A stretch of 64,000 nucleotides of DNA, from positions 4,069 through 68,068 of the forward strand of contig DATKVG010000103.1 of the NCBI GenBank assembly GCA_035530195.1. Direction: 5' to 3'. Shown one piece after another: positions 1 through 9,606 of this stretch. Position numbers and translations under genes: made by a program. This DNA comes from Candidatus Bathyarchaeia archaeon. Its GTDB lineage: Bacteria; Hydrogenedentota; Hydrogenedentia; Hydrogenedentales; SLHB01. Within the stretch, counting starts at the first letter, position 1; every line of letters starts with the position of its first letter. The notes under the pieces were generated by a model. The model worked only from the letters and a program-made list of their open reading frames with translations. It did not search any database and was not told where the DNA came from.

Positions 1-1229
1 TCGATCAGGCCATCGACGCAAGCACCATCAACGGCAACGCCATCTCGGTTATCCTGCTCAAAGAAGCTGGTGCGGAAAGCGCCGACCTTTTTATTTCGGT
101 CACCGGCCAGGACGAGGTCAACCTGCTTACGGCGGCTGCCGCCAAAGGGTTGGGCGCCAAGCAGGTCGTAGCTCGTGTCGACCAGCAGGTCTATATCGAG
201 TCCAGCATCCTCTACGAAGCCATACTCGGCATCGACTACGTGCTGAGCCCGGAAGCACTTACTGCGCTCGACATCGCCAAATACATCGAGACCTCCGGGA
301 TCGCCGCCTTGCAGGATTTCGGCCGCGGCAGGGTCCAGATGCGGCAGGTCCGTGTCACGAAGTCGCCGACGGTCGGCGGCAAGACCCTCAAAGACGTGTG
401 CCCGCCCGGATCGGGCGTACTGCTGGGCGTGGTGAGCCGCAACGAGGACATTATCATCCCCCACGGCGACTCGACCGTGGAGCCCGGAGACATGGTAACG
501 CTCGTTGGCCGCACCGAGGTGCTCGACGAGATGCAAAAACAGTTTCAGGACAAGGAGTCCCGTATCCAGCGTGTTTTCATCATGGGCGGCGGCAGCATGG
601 GCTTCCTGCTCGCGCGCGCCCTCGATCAACGCCGCAGGACTATTAAGATCTTCGAGCGCAACCCGGCCCGCTGCCAGGAACTTGCCAATGCGTTCGATCG
701 GGTCGAAATTATTTGCGCCGATGGAAGTTCGCGCGACGTCCTCGAGCGCGAACTGGCCGGCGAAGCCGACGTGTTCGTGGCCGTAACCGACGACGATGAA
801 CGCAACATCATAGCCAGCGTGCTGGCCCGCGAAGTGGGGGGCGAACGCACCATCTGCGTGGTGCACCAGCCTGACTTTGCCTCGCTCGTGCCCAAGCTGG
901 GCATCGACCATGCCGTTACACCGCGCGCCTGCCTGGCCAACCGGATCCTCCGGATGGTTCATTCCGGCGCCGTCACCTCATTGGCCGTGCTCGAAGAGGG
1001 CAAAGTCGAAGTCGTCGAGTTTTCCGCCAAAGAAAAGTCACCCGTACTAAACCGCCCGCTCAAAGACCTGCGTAACCGATTTCCAAAAAACGCGCTCGTG
1101 GCCGTTATCCTCCACGGCGACCAGGTCATCGTTCCCAGCGGCGCAGATGTCATACAGGCCGGCGACTCGGTGGTCATGATTGTCGACAGCGAATCGCTTG
1201 AATCGGTACAAAGACTGTTTCCCCAATGA
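1..1229 (+). CDS. trkA: Trk potassium uptake protein TrkA (NAD-binding peripheral subunit), 5' end outside window
   Basis: The reading frame is open from the window edge (DQAIDASTINGNAISVILLKEAGAESADLFISVTGQ...). It contains a second Rossmann-like GGGSMG motif and a TrkA-C domain. Its stop overlaps the trkH start (ATGA at 1226). Confidence 0.85.
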   Translation, partial: DQAIDASTINGNAISVILLKEAGAESADLFISVTGQDEVNLLTAAAAKGLGAKQVVARVDQQVYIESSILYEAILGIDYVLSPEALTALDIAKYIETSGIAALQDFGRGRVQMRQVRVTKSPTVGGKTLKDVCPPGSGVLLGVVSRNEDIIIPHGDSTVEPGDMVTLVGRTEVLDEMQKQFQDKESRIQRVFIMGGGSMGFLLARALDQRRRTIKIFERNPARCQELANAFDRVEIICADGSSRDVLERELAGEADVFVAVTDDDERNIIASVLAREVGGERTICVVHQPDFASLVPKLGIDHAVTPRACLANRILRMVHSGAVTSLAVLEEGKVEVVEFSAKEKSPVLNRPLKDLRNRFPKNALVAVILHGDQVIVPSGADVIQAGDSVVMIVDSESLESVQRLFPQ

Positions 1230-2695
1230 ATTACCGCCTGCTCGCACGCTATCTCGGGCTGTTCTCGATAGCGTTAGGCCTTCTTATGCTGCCGTCGGCG
1301 GCTTGGGCGGTGTATTTTCGTGAATGGCATTCGCTGCGGGCGCTTATTTCCGCCAGCGCGGTTTCGGCCCTTTTCGGCGGGCTGCTGGCGTTGGTCGGAG
1401 GCCGGCCAAGGCGCAGCATCGGCCAGCAGGACGCGCTCGGGTTGGTGGGACTGAGCTGGCTGTTGCTGGTGGGACTCGGCGCCCTGCCATACCTTTTCGA
1501 CGGCATCTTCGGCCCCATCGACGCCTACTTCGAAAGCATGTCGGGGTTCACCACAACCGGCTCGACGGTTCTAACTAATATCGAGGCCGCGCCAAGGAGC
1601 ATCCTTTTCTGGCGTTCCTTTACCCACTGGCTGGGCGGCATGGGGGTGGTTGTGCTGTTTATTGCGGTGCTTCCTTTCATCGGTGCGGGCGGAAAGATGC
1701 TGTTCCGCCATGAATCGCCCGGCCCCGATCCCCACGGTCTGCGCCCGCGTATCAAGGACACGGCCTCGATCTTATGGAAAATCTACCTCGGCTTTACGGT
1801 GGCGGAAACCAGCGCGCTGATGTTGGCCGGCTTGAGTTTTTTCGACGCGCTGACACAGACTTTCGCGACCCTCGCCACGGGTGGCTTTTCGACGCGGCAG
1901 GCGAGCATCGCCGGGTTCGACAGTCTGGCGGTGGAAATCATCATCATGGTTTTCATGACCGCGGCAGGCTTGAACTTTACCCTGTATTTCGCGCTGATCC
2001 GCAAGCGTTGGAGCGCCTTCCTGAAGGATACGGAGTGGCGCGTTTACCTTTTCATCCTGGCGGCGGCCATCATCGCTGTTACGGTCAACCTGCACCGTCC
2101 CCACGGCGCCACCCATGTTGTGAGTTATCCAGGAATAGGAAGCGCGTTGCGCCATGCGTCGTTTCAGGTCATCTCCATTATGACCACCACCGGGTTCATC
2201 ACCACGGACTTCGACCTCTGGCCGGATTTCTCGCGTCTGTTGCTAGTTTTGCTGATGTTCGTAGGGGCCTGCGCCGGATCTACCGGGGGCGGCATCAAAG
2301 TTGTGCGCATCGTTGTTCTGCTGAAAATGGCTTACTTGCGCCTCGAATCCACGTTCCGCCCCAAGAATGTCCGCGTAGTCCGGGTGGCGGGCGTGGTTGT
2401 CGAAGAAGGCCTGCAGCGGACTATCTACGCCTTTTTCGTGCTTTACATCGCCGTGTTTGTTTGTGCGACGCTTTTTATTGCCTACCTGGGCCTTTCCTTC
2501 GAGACGGCCGTTTCCTCCGTCGCCGCAACGTTGAACAACATCGGGCCGGGTCTCGAAGTGGTAGGGGCGGTGCGGGATTATAACGCGGTGCCTCCCGTGG
2601 GAAAGCTTGTCCTGTCGTTGTGCATGGTGCTGGGCCGGCTCGAACTGTTCAGCATTCTCGTCCTCTTCATCCCCAGTTTTTGGCGCCGGGCCTGA
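1226..2695 (+). CDS. trkH: Trk-type K+ transporter membrane subunit TrkH
   Basis: 489-aa polytopic membrane protein carrying the TrkH/KtrB family motifs (GFTTTG, TGGFS, TTTGF pore-loop repeats). It is translationally coupled to trkA. Confidence 0.85.
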   Translation: MNYRLLARYLGLFSIALGLLMLPSAAWAVYFREWHSLRALISASAVSALFGGLLALVGGRPRRSIGQQDALGLVGLSWLLLVGLGALPYLFDGIFGPIDAYFESMSGFTTTGSTVLTNIEAAPRSILFWRSFTHWLGGMGVVVLFIAVLPFIGAGGKMLFRHESPGPDPHGLRPRIKDTASILWKIYLGFTVAETSALMLAGLSFFDALTQTFATLATGGFSTRQASIAGFDSLAVEIIIMVFMTAAGLNFTLYFALIRKRWSAFLKDTEWRVYLFILAAAIIAVTVNLHRPHGATHVVSYPGIGSALRHASFQVISIMTTTGFITTDFDLWPDFSRLLLVLLMFVGACAGSTGGGIKVVRIVVLLKMAYLRLESTFRPKNVRVVRVAGVVVEEGLQRTIYAFFVLYIAVFVCATLFIAYLGLSFETAVSSVAATLNNIGPGLEVVGAVRDYNAVPPVGKLVLSLCMVLGRLELFSILVLFIPSFWRRA

Positions 2696-2766
2696 TCCAG
2701 ACGCCGGCGCCGCGGGCGCCACGGCGTTATCATGGCGTAATCAAGACAGGCGGGAGGATTCGCTCA

Positions 2767-4707
2767 ATGGGCCGCATTTTGTTCGCAGCAATCTTGGGCA
2801 TGTTTTGCATCGCCGCCGCAGCGGGCGCGCAGGACGCCGCTCCTGACTCCAATTCTGCAGATATGGTGAAGAACCGCTTCTTCCGCCTGTCGGACGAGGC
2901 GTTCGCACGGCGCCAGACAGCACGCGACGCGCTCGCAACGCCCGAAGAAATCGCCGCATACCAGGCGGAGATGCGACAGTTCTTCACGGATCAGCTCGGC
3001 GGCTTTTGGGAAAAGGGCCCGCTGAACGCGCAGGTTGTCGGCACGGGCGAACGCGACGGGTTCCGCTATGAGAAAGTCATTTATGAGAGCATGCCCGGTC
3101 TGCTAATCACGGGCATCGTGTTTCTGCCGCTCGAGGCGGGCCCGTACCCGGGGGTGATCGTGCCGTGTGGACATGATGACGGGGGCAAGGTGTGCGAAGC
3201 GTACCAGCGGCTTTGCATCCTGCTGGCCAGGAACGGGATTGCGGCGCTGATCTACGACCCGATCGGCCAGGGGGAGCGCGTTCAGGTTTTTGGCGAGGAC
3301 GGCAAACCGAAGTACAGTTGCACGATCGAGCACACGGTGGTCGGGGCGGCCGCGATACCGCTGGGGTGGAGCACGGCGAAGTTTCGGGTGTGGGACGGGA
3401 TGCGCAGCATCGACTATTTGGCGAGCCGGCCGGATATCCACCCCGAGCGGATCGGGTGCACCGGCAACAGCGGCGGCGGCACGCTCACCAGCTACATCAT
3501 GGCGCTCGACCCGCGCGTAAAATGCGCCGCGCCCAGTTGCTACATCACCAGCCAGCAGCTTTTCTTCCGCAAAGACGGGCCGCAGGACGCCGAGCAGAAT
3601 ATCCACGGCCAGATCGCGCGGGGTATGGAGCATGCGGACTACGTGATGATGCGGGCGCCGCGGCCAACGCTGATCTGCTCCGCCACACGGGATTTTTTCA
3701 ACATCGAGGGGACGTGGGACAGTTTCCGCGACGCCAAACGCCTCTACACCAAGCTGGGGTTTCCCGAGCGCGTGAGCCTGGTCGAGGCGGACGAGGAGCA
3801 CGGGTTCACGGCGCCGTTGCGGCAGGGTGCGGCGCGGTGGATGCGCCGGTGGTTGCTGGAAAAGGACGACGCGGCGGTCGAACAGGACGCGACCGTACTG
3901 ACGATCGAGGAGGCGCGGTGTACGCCGGACGGGCAGGTGACCAGGATGCCCGGCGCGCGCACGGTCTTCGACGTGATGGCCGAGGAAGAGTCGCGGTTGG
4001 CGACCGGACGCGCGGAATGGCTGAAGTCGACGCCGCGTGAACAGGTGCTGGCGAAGATACGCGAACTGACCGGCATCCGGCTGCTGGCCGATTTGCCGGA
4101 GCCGGGCGTGGAAACGGGGCCGGTCGAGGAACGGGACGGGTACCGGGTGGAAAACCTGGTGTTCAGCCCTGAGGAGGGAATCCAGCTGCGGGCGAGATAT
4201 TACGTTCCAGCGAATCCAACAGGCGGGGCCGAGCTTCACGTGTCTCCGGAAGCGGTTGGGGAACCCTCACAGGAGGTGGTTGCTCTGGTCGCTAATGGAA
4301 CGGCGGTTTTGGCGCTGGAAGTGCGCGGGACAGGTCAGACGGCACCCAAGACGCGGCTCGAGAGTTTCGACAAGGTTTTTGGCGGGGGGTGGCGGGACTT
4401 TTTCACGGCTTACATGCTCGACAAGACCTACCTTGGCATGCAGGCCGAAGATATGATCGCATGCGGCCGGTGGCTGGCGGGCAAGATGGGCGGGAAAGTC
4501 ATGTTACGCGTGGGCGGAAACGGGTTGCAGCCAGCGGGGCTGCATGCGGCGGCGCTGGCGCGGGAAGTGTTCGAGACGTGCGAGCTTGAGCAGCCTCCGG
4601 TAAGCTGGGCGGAGACGGTTCGGGATCCGGAGCGGCCCGGCGCGTTAATCAACACGGTTCACGGCACCCTGCGGTATTACGACATCCCCGATCTTGAGAG
4701 GCTGTGA
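2767..4707 (+). CDS. secreted alpha/beta hydrolase (dienelactone-hydrolase/acetylxylan-esterase-like) with an extra C-terminal domain
   Basis: The internal ATG at 2767 follows a GGGAGG RBS and starts a signal peptide (MGRILFAAILGMFCIAAAAGAQD). A nucleophile elbow G-N-S-G-G-G (CTGNSGGGT) is present. The protein is a paralog of the 58885-60999 product. The ORF-track start at 2620 was rejected. Confidence 0.6.
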   Translation: MGRILFAAILGMFCIAAAAGAQDAAPDSNSADMVKNRFFRLSDEAFARRQTARDALATPEEIAAYQAEMRQFFTDQLGGFWEKGPLNAQVVGTGERDGFRYEKVIYESMPGLLITGIVFLPLEAGPYPGVIVPCGHDDGGKVCEAYQRLCILLARNGIAALIYDPIGQGERVQVFGEDGKPKYSCTIEHTVVGAAAIPLGWSTAKFRVWDGMRSIDYLASRPDIHPERIGCTGNSGGGTLTSYIMALDPRVKCAAPSCYITSQQLFFRKDGPQDAEQNIHGQIARGMEHADYVMMRAPRPTLICSATRDFFNIEGTWDSFRDAKRLYTKLGFPERVSLVEADEEHGFTAPLRQGAARWMRRWLLEKDDAAVEQDATVLTIEEARCTPDGQVTRMPGARTVFDVMAEEESRLATGRAEWLKSTPREQVLAKIRELTGIRLLADLPEPGVETGPVEERDGYRVENLVFSPEEGIQLRARYYVPANPTGGAELHVSPEAVGEPSQEVVALVANGTAVLALEVRGTGQTAPKTRLESFDKVFGGGWRDFFTAYMLDKTYLGMQAEDMIACGRWLAGKMGGKVMLRVGGNGLQPAGLHAAALAREVFETCELEQPPVSWAETVRDPERPGALINTVHGTLRYYDIPDLERL

Positions 4708-4815
4708 CTAGATCGGGCCTTGGCCGTTCACAATGGGCGGCTTTAATTTTCCCGGCGTTTGTGCTATACAAGTTCGTAGTTATCCTGTTCTACATAAAGG
4801 CTGAATGGCGGGGGG

Positions 4816-5631
4816 ATGTGGCGTATGTTGAGCCGGCTCATGACGCGGAAAGAGCAACTGGTGCTGCTTTTGTTTGCCGGGGCGATACTAGTTGGCGCGG
4901 TCGCGCTGTGGTACAGCCGGTCGGGTGCCGACGAAGCTACCTTGGCGGTTGCCGCGGCGATTCCTCAGCCCGCAGCCGCGGCCATGCCGGCGGCCGCCCC
5001 GGCTGCGTCTCCGGCGCCCGAGCCGCTTCCCATCGCGCCGCCGCCGCAGCCGCCGCTACAGCGGGCGCTGCAACCGGAGTTGCCGCGGGCGCCGGAAATG
5101 GTCGGTGTGAGCGCGGCGGGCGAGGTGGCGCGGCCCGATGTCTATATGCTGCCCGAGGGGGCGCGTGTGCGCGACCTACTGGAGAAAGCCGGTGGTGCGA
5201 CAGAGCGGGCCGACCTTTCGGACATCAACCTCGCCGCCAGACTTATAGACGGGTCGACGCTCACGATTCCGGCGCGGCGCCAGCCGGGAAAGAGGACGCT
5301 GCCGGCTTTTTACGTGAACCCGCCGCATTACACGATTTCGGGCTGGCAACCGGCGCCGCAGGAGGCCCCGGCTGAGACGCCGCCTCTTGCAGGTTCGCAA
5401 GTGCCGGCGGCCGGGGCGCCCGGCGCGCAGGGAAAAGGGGCCCTGCTGGACCTGAACAGCGCCAGCCAGGATGAGTTGGAAACCCTGCCGGGGATCGGCC
5501 CCAAACTGGCGGCGGAGATCATTGCGTACCGGTCATGGGCCCCGTTTGCGTCCGTAGACGATCTGACCAACGTCAGCGGGATCGGGCCAAAGAAGTTGGA
5601 AGGCGTGCGGAATCTGGTCACGGTGCGGTAA
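4816..5631 (+). CDS. comEA: ComEA-like DNA-binding competence protein (SLBB domain plus tandem helix-hairpin-helix)
   Basis: N-terminal membrane anchor, then an Ala/Pro-rich linker and an SLBB-like segment, then a C-terminal LLDLNSASQDELETLPGIGPKLAAEII...VSGIGPKKLE tandem HhH motif typical of ComEA. The start could alternatively be 4828 or 4840. Confidence 0.75.
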   Translation: MWRMLSRLMTRKEQLVLLLFAGAILVGAVALWYSRSGADEATLAVAAAIPQPAAAAMPAAAPAASPAPEPLPIAPPPQPPLQRALQPELPRAPEMVGVSAAGEVARPDVYMLPEGARVRDLLEKAGGATERADLSDINLAARLIDGSTLTIPARRQPGKRTLPAFYVNPPHYTISGWQPAPQEAPAETPPLAGSQVPAAGAPGAQGKGALLDLNSASQDELETLPGIGPKLAAEIIAYRSWAPFASVDDLTNVSGIGPKKLEGVRNLVTVR

Positions 5632-5690
5632 TCTACGCGGGAATTCGATCAGGCGCATACGAGTGTTTCCCTCCGCAAAGGTGTTTTTCG

Positions 5691-8249
5691 ATGAAGGCCC
5701 GTAGAACGCTTCACATAGCGGCATCTCTGATCCCGGTCGTGGTTGTCGTCGCCGTTGCGGTGGCGGTGCACTATGCGTTAAAAGAATTCCGGTATTCGGA
5801 CCTGCAATCGGCGATACGCGCTATTCCGCGACAAGCCATTCTCGAGTCGGTGCTTTTAACGGCGTTCGGCTATTTTCTCATGACGTGCTATGACACGCTG
5901 GCCTTCCGATACGTGCGCAAAGACCTGCCCTATTCGAAGATCGCGTTTACCTCTTTTATTGGCTACACCCTCAGCAACAACATTGGCTATTCGTTCCTCA
6001 GCGGGGGCTCGATCCGTTACCGGTTCTATTCGGGGTGGGGCCTGACGCCGGCGGAGATCTTTGGCGTCATCACGTTCTGCACGGTTACCGGGTGGCTGGG
6101 TTTCATGACGCTGGCCGGCTCGAGTTCGCTGCTGGAACCCACGGTGGTGCTCGAGGCGGCATCCCTGCCGCCCGCGGTGGCCCATGTCGCGGGTATTCTA
6201 CTGATCCTGTTTCCCATTATTTACCTTGGCGCAGCGATTCTCGGGCGCGAGACGGTGTCGGTGGGGAAGTGGTCGATCCGGCTGCCGAACCGTAGGCTGG
6301 CGGTGACCCAATGGGGTTTGGGGGTGGTGGATTTTTCCGTGGCATGCGCGGCGTTGTACGTGCTGTTGCCGGCGCATGCGGGTCTTTCCTTTGCGGGTTT
6401 TCTGGGGCTGTTCATGATTTCGCTGGTGGCCGGAATAGCCAGCCAGATGCCCGGCGGGCTTGGCGTTTTTGAAGGGGCGATGACGCTGCTGCTGGCGTCG
6501 AGGATCCCGCCGGCGCAGGCGTTGAGCGCGCTGGTGGTATTTCGCCTCATCTATTATGTTTTCCCATTGTGCGCGGGGCTGGCCGTACTTACCGCCTATG
6601 AAATCCGGCGGCGGCGCCGTTACGTCAGCCGGCTGTACAGCTTTGCGGACCTTCATCTCTACCCGCTGGTTCCGCACCTGTTTGTGGTGTCGGTTTTTGT
6701 TTGCGGCATTATCCTGTTGGTTTCAGGCGCCACGCCTGCCACGGAAGGCCGGATGAGATTCCTGCGCGATTTCCTGCCGCTTCCGGTGATTGAGATGTCG
6801 CATTTCCTGGCCAGCATGGCGGGGCTGGGAATGCTCTTGCTGGCCCAGGCGCTGCAGCACCGGGTGAAGGCCGCTTATTGGCTCACCTGCGGATTGCTCG
6901 GCGCGGGAGTTGTCTTTTCCCTGTTGAAAGGATTCGATTACGAGGAGGCGATCATTCTTTTGCTGATGCTGGTGGCGCTGATTCCCAGCCACAGACATTT
7001 CCGGCGCAAGGCGCGCCTGTTCTCGCAGGTGACGGACCCGCGATGGCTGGCGGCGGTGGCCGCGGCAACGGCGGGCTCGATTTGGCTGGGCATCTTTGTT
7101 CACCGCCACGTGGAATATACGGGTGACGTGTGGTGGCGGTTCAGTTTCAACGCCGACGCCCCCAGGTTTCTGCGGGCCAGTGTAGGGCTCGTCATAGGGA
7201 TGGTGGCCCTGGTGGCGGCCCGGCTGTTGCGGTCTACCCCCATCAAACCCGCGCCGCCTACCGCCGAAGACAGGGAGGCGGTGCGCGAACTCGTGAAGCA
7301 GGCGCAAAACGTGCAGGCCAACCTCGCCCTGCTTCCCGACAAGAATTATCTGTTCAATGACAACAAGACCGGGTTCATCATGTACGGCATGCATGATCGG
7401 GCGTGGGTTTCGATGGGGGATCCGGTGGCCCCTGACGCGGAAAAAGCGGACTTGGTGTGGCGGTTTCGCGAGGCGTGCGACGCAAGCGGGGCCTGGCCTG
7501 TGTTTTATGAGGTAAGACCGGCATTCTTGCCGCTGTACATTGACGCGGGCCTCATGCTGTACAAGCTGGGCGAGGAAGCCCGGGTCCCGCTCGAATCGTT
7601 CTCGCTGGAGGGGAGCAGCCATAAGAGCGATAGGAACCTTCTCCACAAGCTCGGTCGGGAGGCGTATGAGTTCACGGTTCTTAGCCCGGACGAGGTGGCG
7701 CCCCTGCTTCCGGAGTTGTGCGAAATTTCCGATCAATGGCTGGCGCAGAAGAACGTGCGGGAAAAAGGGTTCAGTCTTGGCCGGTTTGACCCGCAGTACC
7801 TGTTGAATTTTCCTCACGCGATTGTCAGGAAAGAGGCAAAAGTGATCGCTTTCGCCAACCTCTGGCAGGGCGGCGGACGCGACGAGGTCTCGCCCGACCT
7901 GATGCGTTATCTGCCGGGCGGGCATGGGGGTGTGATCGATTTCCTGTTCTTGAATATAATGCTTTGGGCGAAACAAGAGGGGTACCAGTGGTTCAACCTC
8001 GGCATGGCTCCGCTGGCGGGGCTTGAGCATCATGCGGGTGCCGCGCTGTGGAACCGGCTGGGTGTGTTGATGTACCGGCATGGCGAGATGTTTTACAACT
8101 TCCAGGGCCTGCGGAAGTTCAAGGAGAAATTCGACCCGGTGTGGGAGCCGCGCTACCTGGCCAGCCCCAGACTCGTGCTGCTTCCTACGGTGTTGGTCGA
8201 CACGGCCGCCCTCATCAGCGGGGGGATCGCCGGAATCGTATCCAAATAA
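5691..8249 (+). CDS. mprF: bifunctional lysyl-phosphatidylglycerol synthase/flippase MprF
   Basis: N-terminal multi-TM flippase domain and a C-terminal DUF2156/LPG-synthase domain (motifs YGMHDRAWV, FYNFQGLRKFKEKF). The ATG at 5691 begins MKARRTLH; the longer upstream extension in the ORF track lacks an RBS and was rejected. Confidence 0.8.
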   Translation: MKARRTLHIAASLIPVVVVVAVAVAVHYALKEFRYSDLQSAIRAIPRQAILESVLLTAFGYFLMTCYDTLAFRYVRKDLPYSKIAFTSFIGYTLSNNIGYSFLSGGSIRYRFYSGWGLTPAEIFGVITFCTVTGWLGFMTLAGSSSLLEPTVVLEAASLPPAVAHVAGILLILFPIIYLGAAILGRETVSVGKWSIRLPNRRLAVTQWGLGVVDFSVACAALYVLLPAHAGLSFAGFLGLFMISLVAGIASQMPGGLGVFEGAMTLLLASRIPPAQALSALVVFRLIYYVFPLCAGLAVLTAYEIRRRRRYVSRLYSFADLHLYPLVPHLFVVSVFVCGIILLVSGATPATEGRMRFLRDFLPLPVIEMSHFLASMAGLGMLLLAQALQHRVKAAYWLTCGLLGAGVVFSLLKGFDYEEAIILLLMLVALIPSHRHFRRKARLFSQVTDPRWLAAVAAATAGSIWLGIFVHRHVEYTGDVWWRFSFNADAPRFLRASVGLVIGMVALVAARLLRSTPIKPAPPTAEDREAVRELVKQAQNVQANLALLPDKNYLFNDNKTGFIMYGMHDRAWVSMGDPVAPDAEKADLVWRFREACDASGAWPVFYEVRPAFLPLYIDAGLMLYKLGEEARVPLESFSLEGSSHKSDRNLLHKLGREAYEFTVLSPDEVAPLLPELCEISDQWLAQKNVREKGFSLGRFDPQYLLNFPHAIVRKEAKVIAFANLWQGGGRDEVSPDLMRYLPGGHGGVIDFLFLNIMLWAKQEGYQWFNLGMAPLAGLEHHAGAALWNRLGVLMYRHGEMFYNFQGLRKFKEKFDPVWEPRYLASPRLVLLPTVLVDTAALISGGIAGIVSK

Positions 8250-8263
8250 CGAGGAGCATTGTC

Positions 8264-8719
8264 ATGAAGCTTCAATTTCCCGAGCCGTACGCTCACAAGC
8301 ATCCGCCGGTCAGAAACGTGAACGACCTCCTCCAGGAGCATCTGACGCCCGGCCAGCGCGCCAGCGACCAAATCGCCCGGATAGTCGGATCCTGGACCTT
8401 TATCATCACCCAATCGATTTTGCTGGTTTTCTGGGTAGCGCTGAACGTGATGGCCTGGATCAGCCATTGGGACCCATACCCGTTCATTCTGCTGAACCTG
8501 TTCTTGTCGCTCCAGGCGGCTTATACGGCGCCCATCATCATGATGAGCCAAAACCGTCTCGCCGCCCGCGATCGGCTCGAAGCCCATGAAGACTACCACA
8601 CAAACCTCAAGGCCGAAGAAGAAATCCGGGCGATTATGAATCATCTCGCCGCCCAGGACACCGCGCTTACCACTATTCATGACATCCTCGTTGGCCTGCA
8701 GGAGAAACCCGCCGCTTAA
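8264..8719 (+). CDS. DUF1003-family small membrane protein
   Basis: The ATG at 8264 is preceded by GAGGAG. It encodes 151 aa with two TM helices and a coiled-coil tail, a pattern typical of DUF1003. The ORF-track start at 8048 overlaps mprF and was rejected. Confidence 0.6.
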   Translation: MKLQFPEPYAHKHPPVRNVNDLLQEHLTPGQRASDQIARIVGSWTFIITQSILLVFWVALNVMAWISHWDPYPFILLNLFLSLQAAYTAPIIMMSQNRLAARDRLEAHEDYHTNLKAEEEIRAIMNHLAAQDTALTTIHDILVGLQEKPAA

Positions 8720-8746
8720 GCCTAAATTCGGCATTTAGGTTAAGCC
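8714..8746. terminator. hairpin between convergent DUF1003 gene and Crp/Fnr gene (probable bidirectional terminator)
   Basis: gcttaagcctaaat-tcggc-atttagg(t)taagc forms a roughly 12-bp stem with a single bulge. Confidence 0.4.
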
Positions 8747-9435
8747 TGCCCCAGGCGCCGTTCGGCCTGTGCGATTTCGATGAGGGCGGCCCGGTCGAGG
8801 ATTCGGATCTGGCGTGGGTCGGGCATGTCGATGAGGCCTTCTTTGGTCATCCGTGCGAGGATCCGCGAGAGTGTTTCGGGGATCGTGCCAAGCATGCTGG
8901 CGAGTTGGGCCTTGGGCAGCTCGAGGACGAGTGTGTCGCTTCCTTCCTGGCGTGTGCTGAGGTAAAGGAGGTGCGCCGCGAGCCGGGCGGGAACTTCACG
9001 CAACGAGAGGTCTTCGATCAGCGAGGCAAACCGGCGCAACTTGAACGACAACTCCGCCAGCATGCCCAACGCGAGGTCCGGCTCGCTGCGAATCAGGCTG
9101 ATAAACCTGTTGCGCGGGAAAAAGAGCGTGTAGGCGGGTTCGAGCGGTTCGGCGTACGCGGGGAAGTCTTTGCCGGCGAACACGACCGCCTCGCCGAACA
9201 CATCGCCCGGGCCGAACACGTGCAGGATCTGCTCTTTTCCCTCCGGCGAGAGCTTGTACACCTTGACGCGGCCGGAAACGATGGCATGGAAGCCGGTCGC
9301 GCGCTCACCGTCGGCGAAGATGACCTGGCCTTTGTCGTAATTGCGCGTAACCGCAATCTCGGCAAGCTTTTGCCGCAGGTTTTCGGGCAGCCCGCCGAAT
9401 AGGGGGATTGCGCCGATTGTTCTGGAGATGGCCAT
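8740..9435 (-). CDS. Crp/Fnr-family transcriptional regulator (HcpR-like, divergent from hcp)
   Basis: N-terminal cNMP-binding beta-barrel (GDVFGE motif) and C-terminal HTH (ETLSRILARM). It is divergently arranged with hcp, as HcpR regulators are. Confidence 0.8.
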   Translation of the reverse strand: MAISRTIGAIPLFGGLPENLRQKLAEIAVTRNYDKGQVIFADGERATGFHAIVSGRVKVYKLSPEGKEQILHVFGPGDVFGEAVVFAGKDFPAYAEPLEPAYTLFFPRNRFISLIRSEPDLALGMLAELSFKLRRFASLIEDLSLREVPARLAAHLLYLSTRQEGSDTLVLELPKAQLASMLGTIPETLSRILARMTKEGLIDMPDPRQIRILDRAALIEIAQAERRLGQA

Positions 9436-9469
9436 GGTTTTCCTCTTTTTACAGAAATTACCGTTCGGC

Positions 9470-9483
9470 TTGACCTAAGTCAA
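9470..9483. promoter_or_regulatory. perfect TTGAC-N4-GTCAA inverted repeat (FNR/HcpR-type box) in the divergent regulator-hcp intergenic region
   Basis: The sequence ttgacctaagtcaa is read directly. Crp/Fnr regulators bind TTGAT/C-N4-A/GTCAA boxes. It lies about 125 nt upstream of the hcp ATG. Confidence 0.45.
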
Positions 9484-9556
9484 GGCAACTAGGCGGTGCG
9501 GGTGGTAAATTGCCTGCATGAGATTTGAGTGGCTCGAGCCGGAGCGGCGGGGCGAA

Positions 9557-9575
9557 ACCCTGCCGAAACGGCAGG
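9557..9575 (+). other. perfect 8-bp stem / 3-nt loop hairpin in the hcp 5' leader
   Basis: ccctgccg-aaa-cggcaggg is read directly. Confidence 0.4.
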
Positions 9576-9606
9576 GACCGAACCCAACCGACAAGGAGAC
9601 GCGACA

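Noticed and set aside
2620-2766. Upstream extension of the hydrolase ORF (ORF-track start at 2620)
   Set aside because: It overlaps the trkH 3' end. The internal ATG at 2767 has a strong RBS and begins a textbook signal peptide.
3103-4239. 378-aa ORF on the minus strand inside the hydrolase gene
   Set aside because: It is antisense to a well-supported CDS. The product is Arg/Pro-rich and low-complexity, as expected from high-GC antisense frames. No RBS.
6723-8081. 452-aa minus-strand ORF inside mprF
   Set aside because: It is antisense to mprF. Extremely Arg/His/Pro-rich with no domain.
9529-9606. GTG start 78 nt upstream of the hcp ATG (ORF-track start)
   Set aside because: Hcp proteins begin MFCYQCEQT. 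The AGGAGA RBS sits directly before the ATG at 9607, and the extension would run through the leader hairpin.
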